Origin: Setoptus koraiensis
Taxonomy: Eukaryota; Animalia; Arthropoda
Direction of reading: 5' to 3'
DNA: 64,000 bases
Assembly: GCA_048013815.1 (NCBI GenBank)
Contig: CM106586.1
Location: 21,948,001-22,012,000, forward strand
In this document: piece by piece, positions 44,701-57,700 of the stretch
Layout: each line of letters starts with the position of its first letter
Position numbering within the stretch: the first letter of the stretch is position 1
Position numbers and translations under genes: made by a program
The notes under the pieces: model-generated
The model's database searches: none
What the model saw: the letters and a program-made list of their open reading frames with translations, nothing else
Told to the model about the DNA's origin: nothing

Positions 44701-47700
44701 CAATTGAATAGCGACTATAGATATAATTATCATTGTTATGTTGCGAGCGCAACTTCAATTATCATTGAATATCGATCCAACACTGACAAGGAATAATAAA
44801 TCATAATTATATATTGACAGCGATATGAAGCGGCTCCTTCCTTTTAGGCAGCCCTTTAAGGAGAGGCAGGGTTGGTATATGTCAAGTATAGGAAAAAGTG
44901 AAGGTGTAAAGGTTGATAGTTTTACAGAGAGTGGACAGGACAACGGCTTCAGATAATTTAAGAGACAGTAACAGCGGCAGCTGATTTAGACAAATGATAA
45001 GATCGCCGAATTGCATGTCAGTTAATCTATCAAAGTCACTTATGTCTGGCTGTGTTGCTTCCAGACACTCATGCAATAATGGCCGTGGATCTTGCGAAAG
45101 CACAAGATTATATCTGCAGATTATACCAATGGTTTGTCGGACTTATTGCATAAGCAACAAAATCGGACAAACAAAACAGGGACCCTAGTGCTTGTCCTTA
45201 CCGTACATATATATATATATAGGGAGAGAGGCTAGAACTGCGAGCTTCAGGAGTGGATGATACAGACCCCGATTTGGATCATGTTATTAGATCGCCGCAC
45301 TTGATGTCCGATTTCAATCGGACACTACAATTGTCAGACGGTCTAAAGATAGCACATTACAAAACGGTATTGTGTTGCACCTCCACCCCCCGATGAGTGT
45401 TGATCCATTTATTCTGCAGTCTGATTGTGTATTGGGTCTGAGATCATGAATGAACGGACACAATTGAAGAATTAGACATCATTGCAACTGTGAACTTATA
45501 CAAATCGTGCATCTAAACTCTCTGACATGAACTGCAAATAGTGTGATTTACTGATCTTGTTTTCATTCCATTTGGCTCTCGTGATTCAGTGCCAATTGAA
45601 AAGAAAAAAAGGAATGAAATCACCATGTACTTATAGATGCACCTGTGCAGCATACCCATCTATGATTCAATTGAAGAACTCTAGTTCTGTTCAAAATTAG
45701 TTCATTTTCAATCAAAGCACCACGGCTTAGCATGAAAACTGAAAGAAGCTAGCAATGTAGTTCATGCAACCCAAGCTTATTATCGCACATATTCATGAGT
45801 CATGAGCATTGATTGGTGTTATTCATTCCATAAGTCTAGAGGCTAATCTATCAAGTAGTTCATGTTTCGCTCAACGATAATTTCAATATAACTTCTCGCT
45901 CGGAATGCCGCAGCATTATTTTTGTTATCGGAACATCACGGTGTTAGCTCAATTATTACCTTTTGCTAACTTGTATGGCCAACTAGTAACTTTGTAAACA
46001 GCTGGCGGTTTGTTGACAGTGTCATGCATGAACTCGGAGCAACTGTAATTACGGTTGCGAACAACGAACATGATTATTTCTAGTCGTAAGCGTCAAATTG
46101 TTAATCGGACACGATCTATTTATTTGTATTTAGATCGCTTCTAGTGCTGTGAACAAATGCTACAAGTGTACAATTGGACAAGCGATAGCTGGATCGGGAA
46201 TCACCACTGCTAATTGATAAGGTTGGCATTTGTTTAATGAGAACACGCAATTATAACTGAAGCTCATCTAGTGCCAAAGATATGTGACCAAACAAAATTT
46301 AACGATGATGGTAGAAGTTGATTCTGCTCTGTTAAGATTTGTTCGGTTGCAGATATGGTAATAGCTATATAAATTATGACCATACTAATGAGATTAATTG
46401 TTTTCTGGGATGGTGTAAATGTCGGACAAAGCAATTAAAGTGTCATAAATCATCAAAACAAACACTCAAATTGGTTTGTGCTTTGTGGTTAGTCCGAGGA
46501 ATGGATTGTTTTTGCAATTGAGCAAAAACAATCAAGGTCATCCTCTCTAACTAAAATCTAATGGTCAACAGAAGTACCTTTGTGGGCTAAAACACTGGTG
46601 ATAGCTAGCGTTGAGAAGAAGGTGATTTGTTTACAACTATAAATAACTCGGCTAGCTTGTTATGGTGGCACATGAGCTTTTGTTGAAATAAACAATCATG
46701 ATGATGACCATACACAATCAGTTCCACTGAGCTAGCACTAACAACTTTGGGAAGTTACAAATACTATCACATGAGAACCTTTGTTTTGCGTGACTGATAG
46801 AAAAGCTCAGAAGAATCTTGCATAAACAAAGCGAATGTTTTCGCCGTGATATCGCACATTTGACCATATTTTAGATGTTGGTGGAAAGAGAGAGAGAGAG
46901 AGACTAACTACCAATGGAAAGAAAAGACACCATTCTTCAAGTATCATCTGAATTTTACATGCCAACACTTCAGTTAGACATGCCAATGTATGCACCAAAG
47001 TATTTAACCTTGATTTGAGATAAGAATAGCGTTCTGACGTAAGGGAAGCAGCTGGTTAACAGAGCAACAAATAGATAAAAAGTCAAGGATTAACTCATGT
47101 ATTAAAAGAGCAAAACTATTATCGCTACTCACCGAGTTGTAAGGTAACATTCTGAACAAGTAGGCGCTGTTCCTCATTGTCCTTCTCAGTTAGACGCACG
47201 GTGTTGAGAATGGCATCTGTTCGCTGCAAAATTTCTAACTCTTCCCCTAATTTCTCTGGATGTTTCGTGCTAGCATTATTACCAGTGACAACAATATTCT
47301 TCAGTGATTGATGTTGATCGGGGTAGTAATGCTTCAATGCTGTAGTATTTGCAGCAATTTCATCTTGATTATTCGAGACCAATCTATTGAATTGCCAAGA
47401 CTTTTCTTTGTTCGGGGAAGATGCCAACATGGATTCATTTTGGCGATTTGATTTAGATTGATGATTTCTATCTAAATCTAAACCAGTCTGTTTTCGATCG
47501 TCATTAGTATCTGAATCGCTATCAAAACTGAAATCATTATTTACAAGATGACGCTTCGCAGTGAGCTCTGGCGCCTCGTTTGCGACTAAAAACGATAATG
47601 AGCTATACTCGGGACTGTCGGTGTGAGGTAAACTTCTATGATCCAAAGACTCTTTAGTCTCACCTTGATAACTCGGATAATGCTCGTCGTCATCATCCTC

Positions 47701-48969
47701 TTCTTCAATGAAAGTTTGCAATAAGCTAGACTTAGACGCTAGTTCATGCTTCAGTTGTTGCACATCATCCTTCCTTTTATTCAATTCGTCCTCGAGCTCC
47801 TGTATTGAGGACTTCAGTTGTTTGTTTTGTTCTAGTAAATCTTGTCCAATTCTTGCGGCCAACTCAAGATCTACTTCTTTCTCTTGCAACAATTTGACGA
47901 CAGCGTCGATGTCATCGTATGTTTTAGTCATTAGAGTTAGACGTTCGCCACAGATTACGAAATAATTTAAAGTTTCGCTGATCACTTCGTGACTAAGATT
48001 TGCTATATGTAAATTAGGAGGCAATGCTGGCGTTTGAATCCAAGGATTAGACTCTAGCTTGGATAAAAGATCTCTAATGTGTACATTAAGGCCTGAGAAT
48101 TCCTTTTTAAAATCGCTTGAGTTTTGTAAAGTTTCTGTTATAGCTTCTTGTTCTGCAGTTGTGTTTGATATCAATAGATTGTTTATTTCTTGTGTGTCCA
48201 GTTCTGCTGGATATGGTGGTATTTTATCACTTTGTTTGTCTTGCTTGTTTACAGATGTTTCTTGATGCAATTGTTGAAGAACTTTTTCCTCTTGTTGGCG
48301 TCTATGTTGCTTAGTGGCAGATGCAAAAGTGATTGGTTTGTCGCTGAGAGCTCTAAGTTGAAATCTAGTTGGTGATTCACACAGTCCGTCTAGATTGAGA
48401 TGTTGATCAAACAGTAGCCCATCCGCAATTTGGTTAGCCGGTTGGAGTTTCGATGGAATGTTGTTGCAACTAAAAGCTAAAACTAACTCGCTGTTCGCAT
48501 TACAATTGTCATCATGCAAATGTGATTTTGTACTGGTAGCGAATGTGCCGATATTAGTAGTATCAGTGGGTTGCAAAGGATGTTGTTGAAGTTTAGTTTG
48601 TTGTTGAGCTTCAGTTTCAGGTGAATCTAACATTTGAGGGCGGCATTGATCATCCAGCAGAATGGGTGTAGATATAGTTCCAAGCGGAGAGGTTCTTCTC
48701 GCCGACTGTTGTTGTTGAAGCCGCGTTTGTTTTTGCTGGCGTTGTAAAAAGAGTGATGAAGGCGATGATGTAACAGGCGATGATGATATTGAAAGGGCAG
48801 CAAAGTGGCGGTCGAGCCTAGTAGGAGGAGGTGGCCTACCACCGCAGTCTGCTAATAGTCTAGATGCAGTTTCCTTCCCCGACGAGTTAGTAATGTTAAT
48901 AGCGGTGCTGCTAGTCTGCTGAAGGGGGGCTGAATTAGCGTTGGAGCTCTCGTTATATCCGACAATCAT
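41754..48969 (-). CDS. milt: Milton/TRAK trafficking kinesin-binding protein (HAP1_N family); exons 48969-47133 and 44131-41754 (~1404 aa)
   Basis: HAP1_N motif ETLNYFVICGERLTLMTKTYDDIDAVVKLLQEKEVDLELAARIGQDLL; Milton/TRAK motif KLRLIKMMEGSKYLKQWERLA. Phase-1 GTGAGT donor at 47132 joins a TTTTTCCAG acceptor at 44132 in frame. Confidence 0.9.
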
Positions 48970-49935
48970 CCAACACAGTTGTTTTTGAACACAGGTTCAT
49001 TATTTTAGGAACAATACTAGTTATATTTTCAATGATTTAAATAGCGATAACAATAATGATGATAACTAATAATGCATTGATAATGCACCAAAAACATACT
49101 CTACTCTACAAATGGATAGAAATTATGATAAATAGTAACAACAATAATTAATAAATCTAATAGGATAGTAATAATAATAATAATAATAATGAAAACGCCT
49201 GACTGAATGTCATCAACAATTCACCATTTCACTGTCACATCTTCATTTCGTTTGCCTTTGTGCGTTACGCTTTATTTAATCCAATGTACGAGCAGTGCGC
49301 AATAGGTGCTGATTGTGTACAATCGGGTTCATTAAAAGTGCAACAGGGCCTAGAATTTTTATACCCCTTCTACGTGCGCAATGCGTGCTCTTTAGTACGT
49401 ACAAAGCACACTTTTTGAATGAAGCGCTCCTCTAGTGCGCATAAATAGAGAGATATAAACAGAGAATATATTCGCTTTGCCTCTAGCGTACTATTTTGAT
49501 GAACGCGATGTGTAGTGGTGCCCTCGAGATAATCATGAGCGAGACCGTCACACCACACCGTGCACAGGATGAACTGTGAGCTACTCTCACTTTATCCCAA
49601 CAACTGCTACATAAATGCTGTATAACAAAAACATCCGCGAGGGCGCTTTCTTCGTGCAGCGTGAGTGACTATTGATGATCGGTTCCAGCATACACGACTG
49701 GTAACAAGTAGCATTAAAAGCAAACCAATCCAGTGAGTTGGAATTTTTGACGTGACACCCGCGTCTCGAGTGTGCGTTTCGTAGAGTTGCCAGCGCCCCT
49801 CACTGAATCTCTCTGAAATATTTGTTACAGCATTGGCAAAACACCGCATGGTGCATCTATTTGTAAACAACTTCGAATATTGGACTCGTCTCACCATCGT
49901 AAAATCATCTTGTCGTTGCGACATCTAAAAGAAAC

Positions 49936-50535
49936 ATGTCCGCCCTGAGGACCAATATATCGATTCTTAGCAGGGCCATCAATTGGTACCCGGGACACAC
50001 GTTCAGCGTGAGGTCCCTGTTTGTTACTCCTTGTCAATATGCCGAACCTATGCGAAAAAAGAGACGTCTAGACCCAGCCATACTCAGGACCAGAGTGGAG
50101 AGGAAGATTCTCAAAGCTGAAAGAGAAATTGCTAAGATTATGAAAGCACCAAAGCATAAAATACCCATACTCGAGTATCAGTATACACAACAACAAAAAG
50201 AAACGTTGCAAAGCAATAAACGAGACATCCCTCCCGAAACTCTCGAACAAATACAAAAAGGTGTAAATAGTGCAAATAAACTGTGGAGTGTTTACAGGAG
50301 CTTCGAGGCCAAAATGCAAGATAGATCATTAAAACGGATGGAGCAAGCTCAAGATAGAGCGCTGGCGGAATTGAAGAAACTGTGTCCCAAACTTTATGAC
50401 GGGGCTCTCCGAGCTGATAATCAATACCTTATACCATATCAAAATATATCTATAAAAAAAGAAACCCCGCCTAACCCAGATTATGTTCCCCCGGACGGTG
50501 AAATGAGAGATGTTACTAAAGAATGGGTTCTGTAA
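49936..50535 (+). CDS. MRPL40: Mitochondrial ribosomal protein L40 (mL40)
   Basis: Presequence-like N-terminus, AEPMRKKRRLDP, AQDRALAELKKL, C-terminal TPPNPDYVPPDG...DVTKEW. Confidence 0.88.
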   Translation: MSALRTNISILSRAINWYPGHTFSVRSLFVTPCQYAEPMRKKRRLDPAILRTRVERKILKAEREIAKIMKAPKHKIPILEYQYTQQQKETLQSNKRDIPPETLEQIQKGVNSANKLWSVYRSFEAKMQDRSLKRMEQAQDRALAELKKLCPKLYDGALRADNQYLIPYQNISIKKETPPNPDYVPPDGEMRDVTKEWVL

Positions 50536-50721
50536 CCCAAAGAAAATTAATTTAGCTGTAATGAATTCGTTCTTTAATAAATCAAAACTCGCGCCTTGCG
50601 CAGAAATGATTATCATGCCTCTATGCTCTTTTGTTGTTGAAAATATTTATTCAGAGTCTTGAATTATACCCAAACTACTGAGCTTTTTTTATTCTAAACA
50701 ACACCTAGACCAAACTGACAA

Positions 50722-51192
50722 ATGTCCAAAATGGTGCTAGATTTTTCCATTAGAAGCAAGGAGGTGCCAGTCAATTATGAATCACCGCCTGGATATTTTC
50801 ACAACATGAGACAATTCCATCCTGAGGTAACCCGAGGAAGAGACATGAGTATACTAGTGAAAAAATCATGGGATATAGCATTGGCACCACTCAAATCCAT
50901 GCCAATGAATCTGTTCATCATGTATATGGCCGGCAACTCGATATCGTTGTTCCCAATAATGATGGTTGGAATGCTATTTTTGCGACCAGTCAAGGCTCTA
51001 ATATCAATCAATTCAACATTCAGGTTGATTGACGGCGATCAAGCAATATGGCAAAAGCTAGTTTATCTATTCGGAAATTTATTGGGTCTGGGAGTAGCGC
51101 TACACAAATGCCAGTCTATGGGGCTGTTACCTACTCATAGTAGTGATTGGTTGGACTTTCTCGCTGTTGAAGAGAGAGTCGAATTTGTATGA
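50722..51192 (+). CDS. EMC4: ER membrane protein complex subunit 4 (TMEM85)
   Basis: KKSWDIALAPLKSMPMNLFIMYMAGNSISLFPIMMVGM and KCQSMGLLPTHSSDWL are hallmark EMC4 motifs. Confidence 0.95.
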   Translation: MSKMVLDFSIRSKEVPVNYESPPGYFHNMRQFHPEVTRGRDMSILVKKSWDIALAPLKSMPMNLFIMYMAGNSISLFPIMMVGMLFLRPVKALISINSTFRLIDGDQAIWQKLVYLFGNLLGLGVALHKCQSMGLLPTHSSDWLDFLAVEERVEFV

Positions 51193-51213
51193 TACACATA
51201 TATAAATAAAGAA

Positions 51214-51510
51214 TCAACGTTTATCCTTTAACTTCGCATAGGTTGTTCCTGCGAGAAGACTAGCGACAGTGAACGCTTGAAAGCCTACTCGGCCTCTCAT
51301 ATAGAACTGTGATAGATGGGAGTGACCTTGGGCCATACTCTTGAGGCCAAGAACCAGACAAGCAACGGTGCATATAATTCCAAGCGGCGCAATAGGATTA
51401 CTCAAAAGTGTTCTCTTCTCACCTCTTGGCGCCCCTGCGATAGTTGTGAGCTTCTCGTCCTCATCTTCGATCCATTGTAATTGAGATGATAGAGGCCCGG
51501 GCTGCGCCAT
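51214..51510 (-). CDS. HIGD2A: HIG1 domain family member 2A-like (Rcf1/HIGD2A)
   Basis: NPIAPLG...LGLKSMAQGHSHLSQFYMRGRVGFQAFTV matches the HIG_1_N domain with two TM segments. Confidence 0.85.
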   Translation of the reverse strand: MAQPGPLSSQLQWIEDEDEKLTTIAGAPRGEKRTLLSNPIAPLGIICTVACLVLGLKSMAQGHSHLSQFYMRGRVGFQAFTVASLLAGTTYAKLKDKR

Positions 51511-51783
51511 AATTGATTTCGGAAAGATGACCTCGGATAGTAATTTGGTAAGGTTATGTGAGACTATATTAGATATAACAACAATGATATATAATTTAGT
51601 AACAATTATTGGTATATATGGTGATACTTGTGCAGAGTTGTTTTGATTAATTCGATGTTGTTGTCTAGTTACGAGGAGCGCGTAGTTTGAATAAATTTTT
51701 TTTATATGTGATCAATTAATTGGAACATAAATGAACTCATTCGAGTAGTAGTTATTTCCATCAGCTTTCTATAAAATCATCTA

Positions 51784-54700
51784 TTATATCAGATTGTCAG
51801 CATGACCTGGACAAGAACAGAAAGGTGATATCGCTAGACTCTTCAAAGTGCTAGATATTAGATTGCTGATTATAGAAATCCTTTCCATAACTGACACCAA
51901 CTTCTCATCATCAACCACTCCTTCGGATTGATGCTGATCAATAGATTGAGATCGCTTATACAATGAAGATAGAAGCAGATTCAAGCAGACTAAAGATGTC
52001 AATCTAATTTGACTAGATTTCAGCCTTTCCATGGCGCACTTGACTATAGTTTCATCTTCAGTTGGAACTAATTTCCCTAGGAGCATAAGGATTTCCAGGT
52101 GCTCTGCTACTGAATTGAACAACTTCTTGGGCACTGTCTCCGACATGAGCGCCCCTATGGAACGTTGTATTATCTTTTGACGAAATATTTGAAATTGTTG
52201 TTGGTTTTTCAGTTGGCTGTTGGTTGATGACAGTTCTTTCAGATCGCTAGGGGAATATTCGCACAACATCAATGCAAGCATCCACATGCTTGTCAAGTAA
52301 TCCTCTTCTATGTGATGCACCATCATTGTAGTGGTACCGTCGTCACTAAAAAAATGCTTTGTTATGTATTCCAAGATTATTGGCTTGAGCATGTTTATCA
52401 ATTGTAACTGTTTCAATTGACCTAACTGTCTAGTCACCGTTGTTCTGACACCATTGTCGCATAAGATGTAGCGTATTCCGTTCAAGGCTTTGACACGTGT
52501 AGGCATGAACTCTGATCTCAGGCAATAATCGAGACATTTGCGAAATCTCTCAAAATGTGCTAAGTTATTCCCTTCAGTATTAACTAGTAGTTGGCAAACT
52601 GCAGCCGATTTACAAATGCCCACAATTAAATATTGCATTTGATAGTCGTCTTTGTTCATAATAGCCTGACGAAACAATACGTTGAAGGTTTCATGGAGCC
52701 ACTCAAATTGAGTATAATCAGTGAAAAAATCCATCAAGCTGATTAATGATTTACAGATTTCAGTAACAAGTGGTGCTGGCTTGTTGTTCAATTTTTGCTC
52801 ATAAACATCCAACAAAAGATGTATGCATGATCGAAAATCAACATTATCGTGTGATATCAATTGGGACGAAGATGGCGAGTTAGAGCTGTTACCACTGTCT
52901 TCAGCTTTTGAAAGAGATGTCCGTAGTTGCTGAGAGCTTATCGTAAAGTATTTGCCAAGATCACAATTGTTGCTATTCGAGTTGCTCATTCCATTGAGAA
53001 CCTCTAGCGTCGCTTTTGTTTGTTGTCTTATGTCATGGAGCTTCTTATTGATCCCTCTGGATATATCCAATATTTTAAAAACAGCGTTAGTATCACAATG
53101 GTTAGCCAAAACTGATGTAGGATCGCCGGGTCTTGACAATTTCGCAGTCAATAGGAGTCTGGTAATGGTTTTGATTGTTAGGCAAGCTAACCTAAGACGT
53201 TCTTTATCATCTAAATCACTGGGACTGGTCGCTTGAGCTTGTTGATCTAAAGAGCGAGCAAATACGCCCAATAGGGACATCCAAATTTCTTCAAATTGGA
53301 TACGATTTGTCCAACCAATTGCGCTCAGTCTATACGAGAACCTATCTAATATGTCTATTTCCTGCAACAAATCACTAGGTATCATGGACATATTCACTTT
53401 GAATTTATCCTCATCCATTTTATCGGTCTTCATAGGCCAAGTGCAACGCTTCCACAAGACAGGAGGCACTAATAGAAAAGAGTTGATGAGTGTTATACGA
53501 CAAACCAGAACCAACAAAGGTCTTAACACATCGTAGATCATCGGTGTATTTAACTTGCAGTCATTATTTAATGACTTATGGATATTCTCCAATTGTTCCT
53601 GAAAGTCTATCAACTCGACACCATTGATGCAAGCTCTTCTGACGTGTTTGATTTGACGTTGCTCCCTTCTGTCTTTTGAATCGTTATCATCCAGTGACCA
53701 CTGCGAGGGCCTATCGCATTCCACATTATGAGTTAGATAACATTTACATAGTGTATGAACAGACGATATCACAGTACAGAGAAGTGACACATCTTTTTTA
53801 GCATAATCCATAATGTACCTAGAGCTCAAGCAAACTTTCATCGAGTTCAGCGAAGGTACAAGGTGTAAAATATAAGAATATCTTGCTTGATCGGAAGACA
53901 TCCAGTTTACTAATTCCGCGTACAGTCTAAATATCTGAGTTATTTTGTTAAGAAGGTCTTCGCCTAATGTCGGCAGCTGGAGCTTTGGTATGTAACTTAA
54001 CTGGGCGATAAGAGGTATGTAATGTGTAACGAAGGATTGAAAAGGCGAAGATAGATGTATCAGTCGCTCAACCAGGCAGAGTTTCTGATCCGATAGAATT
54101 TTAGACTTCCATTTGAGATAGTAGATCTCGTCAGGACTCAATTCTGCTTCAGGCAGGAAATAGCAATCATGATGGATCTTGATTTGTTCTAGTAGTTGAG
54201 GTGGACATGATTTTTCCATTATATCGAGCACAGAATCGATCTCCTCAAATAATGCATTGATAGAAACCTCTAACAAGGTCCATGTTAATGGTTGCTCCTG
54301 ATCGAAATCAACACTCGAGGTATTTAACTTAGCCAACAAACTGTTCGATCCGATTATTATACAAGACGCTAGTTTCTCCAGATCCAAAGTGGGCTTTCGT
54401 AAGATATTCATGACATCCTCTATCTGAAGTTTCTGAATCAATTGGATAGCCCTACGATCGCTGCATTGTTGTGATAAATAATGATTGAAATGTTCGACAA
54501 ATCGTGATTGATCCAAACTTTCGAGAGATTCGCTATCAGTAATAGATTGTTTCGATCCGTTTATGAGTTGTAGAACAATTGACGGTCCTTGTTGAGGACT
54601 GTTGTCTTCATTTTGTAAATCATCACCTATCAGTGGTGGTTCGGATTGTTTATTTATGTAATCCATCAGTTTTTTTATGTGCTCTGACAAGTCAGGATAA

Positions 54701-57700
54701 CGTCCATTATCGATCAACCCCAATAGTCGATCTACATCAACTAACGTCATTTGATTGGCAACCTCCTCTGAGGTTGTAATATAATTTCGATTAGTTTCAT
54801 TAAGTAATTTGCGTATTGTCTCGCAGGCCCTTGACTCTATTTCACTGGCTAAGGTGAGATAAGGCAATAACTGTGGTGATATCAATAATTTTTCTACCAA
54901 TAATATAACCAATGATCCGTATTGAGTGTGGTGAACATCACTCAAAGACTCGAGCATTTTATGTATGAAAACAAATGAGTTCAAATCATTACAACGGGCG
55001 TTGATGGCTTGAATGAAAAGGCCACTGGACGCAGAGTTGCGATGTATAGCCTTAATGAAGTCACTTATTGGTAGTTCATGAGACCAAGATATCAAATCAT
55101 TTATATAATTAATGATGATCCAAGTAATATGTTCCACATCGTTCATGTTAACGCTAACAAAGTCCAGAACTAAACACAAAGTTCCTCTACGACTCAACTC
55201 CATATTTGGTGCGAGCCTCTGAGATGCTTGACAGTAATCATTTATGAAAGTTTGATGACTGTTGGATGTGACAGGTGTCATATTGGAGGTAATTTTCTTG
55301 ATGAAACTCTTCCTCAGTTGACCATCAAAGGTAGTTTTATCAAGACCTAGAGATGAGGGTTTACTAATGTAAGTACGTTTGAATACAAAATCATCATTCG
55401 ATAAACTATCCTCTTCCTCTTCAATCGTTGTATCTCCTCCTTTCCCAATATCGCCGGACTGATCCGTCGAATCTACAAGTGTACTACAACAATTTGAACA
55501 TTCGTATGAAAGCAATCGCTGCCAGAACGCGTCATTGCAATCAACACAATTTACCAACATAAGTATATTACACCATTGGATTGTGAGATCGGGATATATC
55601 GAATTGATGCGTCCAAATAGAGCGCTACATTTGGCAAGACAAAACCCCTTATTCAGGTTGCGAGCGTCTGACAACAAATCTATGAGTGAATCGTCATTAA
55701 GAGGTTGTGCTCTTTGAATTAGATTCATCGCGCTTCTTGTAAGACGACAATACAGTCCCGACTGAAACATGTGAGCCAGGTAAATCAGATACGAAGATAA
55801 TTGTTGTACCAATAATAGTTCATATCGATGATTCATATTTCTATACAGTATTTCTGCTATGCATATTTGTGCGACATGTAATAAATATTCGGCCATCAAA
55901 TCGTCAGAACTGATACACATCATATAGTTGTTTTCGTTCAAATTAGGTAAAGGTGATGATTGAGAAGATGACGATACTGAGGAGGAAGTAGAGGATAAGT
56001 TGTGTGATGATAATATATCGGAATGATCACCGGCTGTAGTACTGTCTGTTGATTTGATATCGGTTTTGGTTGTTGCTGCAGGTGAATTCTTATCAGCACT
56101 ACCTGGATTGTTAGCTGCACTTTCGAAAAACATCATTTGGAAAGGCCATAGATGAGCAAGGGACATCTTTGTTTCGTCCAAACGTACTAGAAAAACCTCT
56201 TCGTTGACTTGAGTTATCAATATTCGCATTATAAGTAGTATCAGACCAAGCCACCTATCAAAAGTAGCTGAGTCACCAAGTATATCGTTTCTGTGAGTTG
56301 TTTGGTTCGAGAATAGAGTCTCCATAATGAACTCTATAGGCTTGAAGACGTCCGGCGATATACTTTCCAAGATTGTGTGTATCTTTTCTATACTTTCATA
56401 GTTTTCTAAATCTATCCGTTGTCTACAAAGCATTGGATAAATAGTGCTAGTAAGTTTCTGGGACAGCTTCTTACATTTGATTTCACTATCATCATGACGA
56501 CTCTCTTGTAATAATATAGAGAGCATATCATAAATGGCTGGATGCTCTACAAGATCAATCAGACTCTTAGAAACCATTTCCCTTCCAGCCTCGAATACTT
56601 CAACTGAAGAGACATCTGTATCGTTCGGCAATTGGTTGGTATTTCGACAAAGGAAAAGGTCCTCGACAAGACATTTCAAGGCGGGAATGATATATATATT
56701 TGGATCTTGCTCACTAGCTCTAAGGTGATCGAATTTCTGTATGATGCTTGCCATCTGAGTAATCGGTTCACTTTGACATCGTTCGTATGATAGAAGAATT
56801 AGGAACGTAAAGCAGTTTTGTATTAATTGGTCCAATAGTGGAGTTCTATTGTTGAAGACTTTATCACCAATCAAGTCCAATAATTTATAAACCGATTGGA
56901 TAAACCGTCCGGATTTATCAAGTAGCTTATAATTAACTTTGATGAGTATTAAATAACACATCAACTGGAGAGATTCACATTGGGCCATACAGAAGCCTGT
57001 ATTGATGAAAGATTCCATGCTGTCGATAACTACGGGACTGAAATCAGTGATATGAGAAAGTAGCAGAGTTCTCAGCTCGAACATCATGGGAGTTAAGTTT
57101 TTCGCTTCGAACAAAGACGTCGCACGCTTCTCTATGCACTTCCTGATCCTTAGTGTTTTCTTTATTTCATAGTTCAAGGTAGATAGTCCCACATTTGATG
57201 AAGGAGTGATCTGAGAGCTCTTAGTGGCGTAATAACTTGAGAATTTTTCGGATGGCGTTGATATCAAGTGATAATAGACCCCACCTAGGCTAGCATCCGA
57301 AAATTTCGATGAGGAGTTAGGTGAATCACAATGGTTGATTTGACTGTTGGAGATTCTGTCTTGACTATTTTCAAAGGTATCTGATGGTTGAGCTTTTGGG
57401 TCGATTTGATTCGAGGATGTCGAATATCCTCGATACTCAGGCGGTTCTTGGATATACAAACAAAGTATATTGAGGCCGAACAAACTTTTCAACAGTTGTC
57501 GCGAACACATAATAGATAGTGAGGAACTAAAACTGGCTGTTGTCTTGAAGTAGATCAACAGATTCTTAGCGTGCTTGGTAATAAAATTTAACGATAAATA
57601 TTCCATGAGTTTTCCAATACTTTCGAGACAAGTTTCTAACAACTGGTAATACTTTTCATCCGATTGGTCTATGTTACTTCTTCCGCTCTGATAGGATTGC

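Noticed and set aside
49607-49924. 105-aa minus-strand ORF as the missing huntingtin C-terminal exon or a separate gene
   Set aside because: Motif spacing does not fit HTT C-HEAT; its ATG is 11 nt from the MRPL40 ATG, so it is most likely antisense to the MRPL40 leader.
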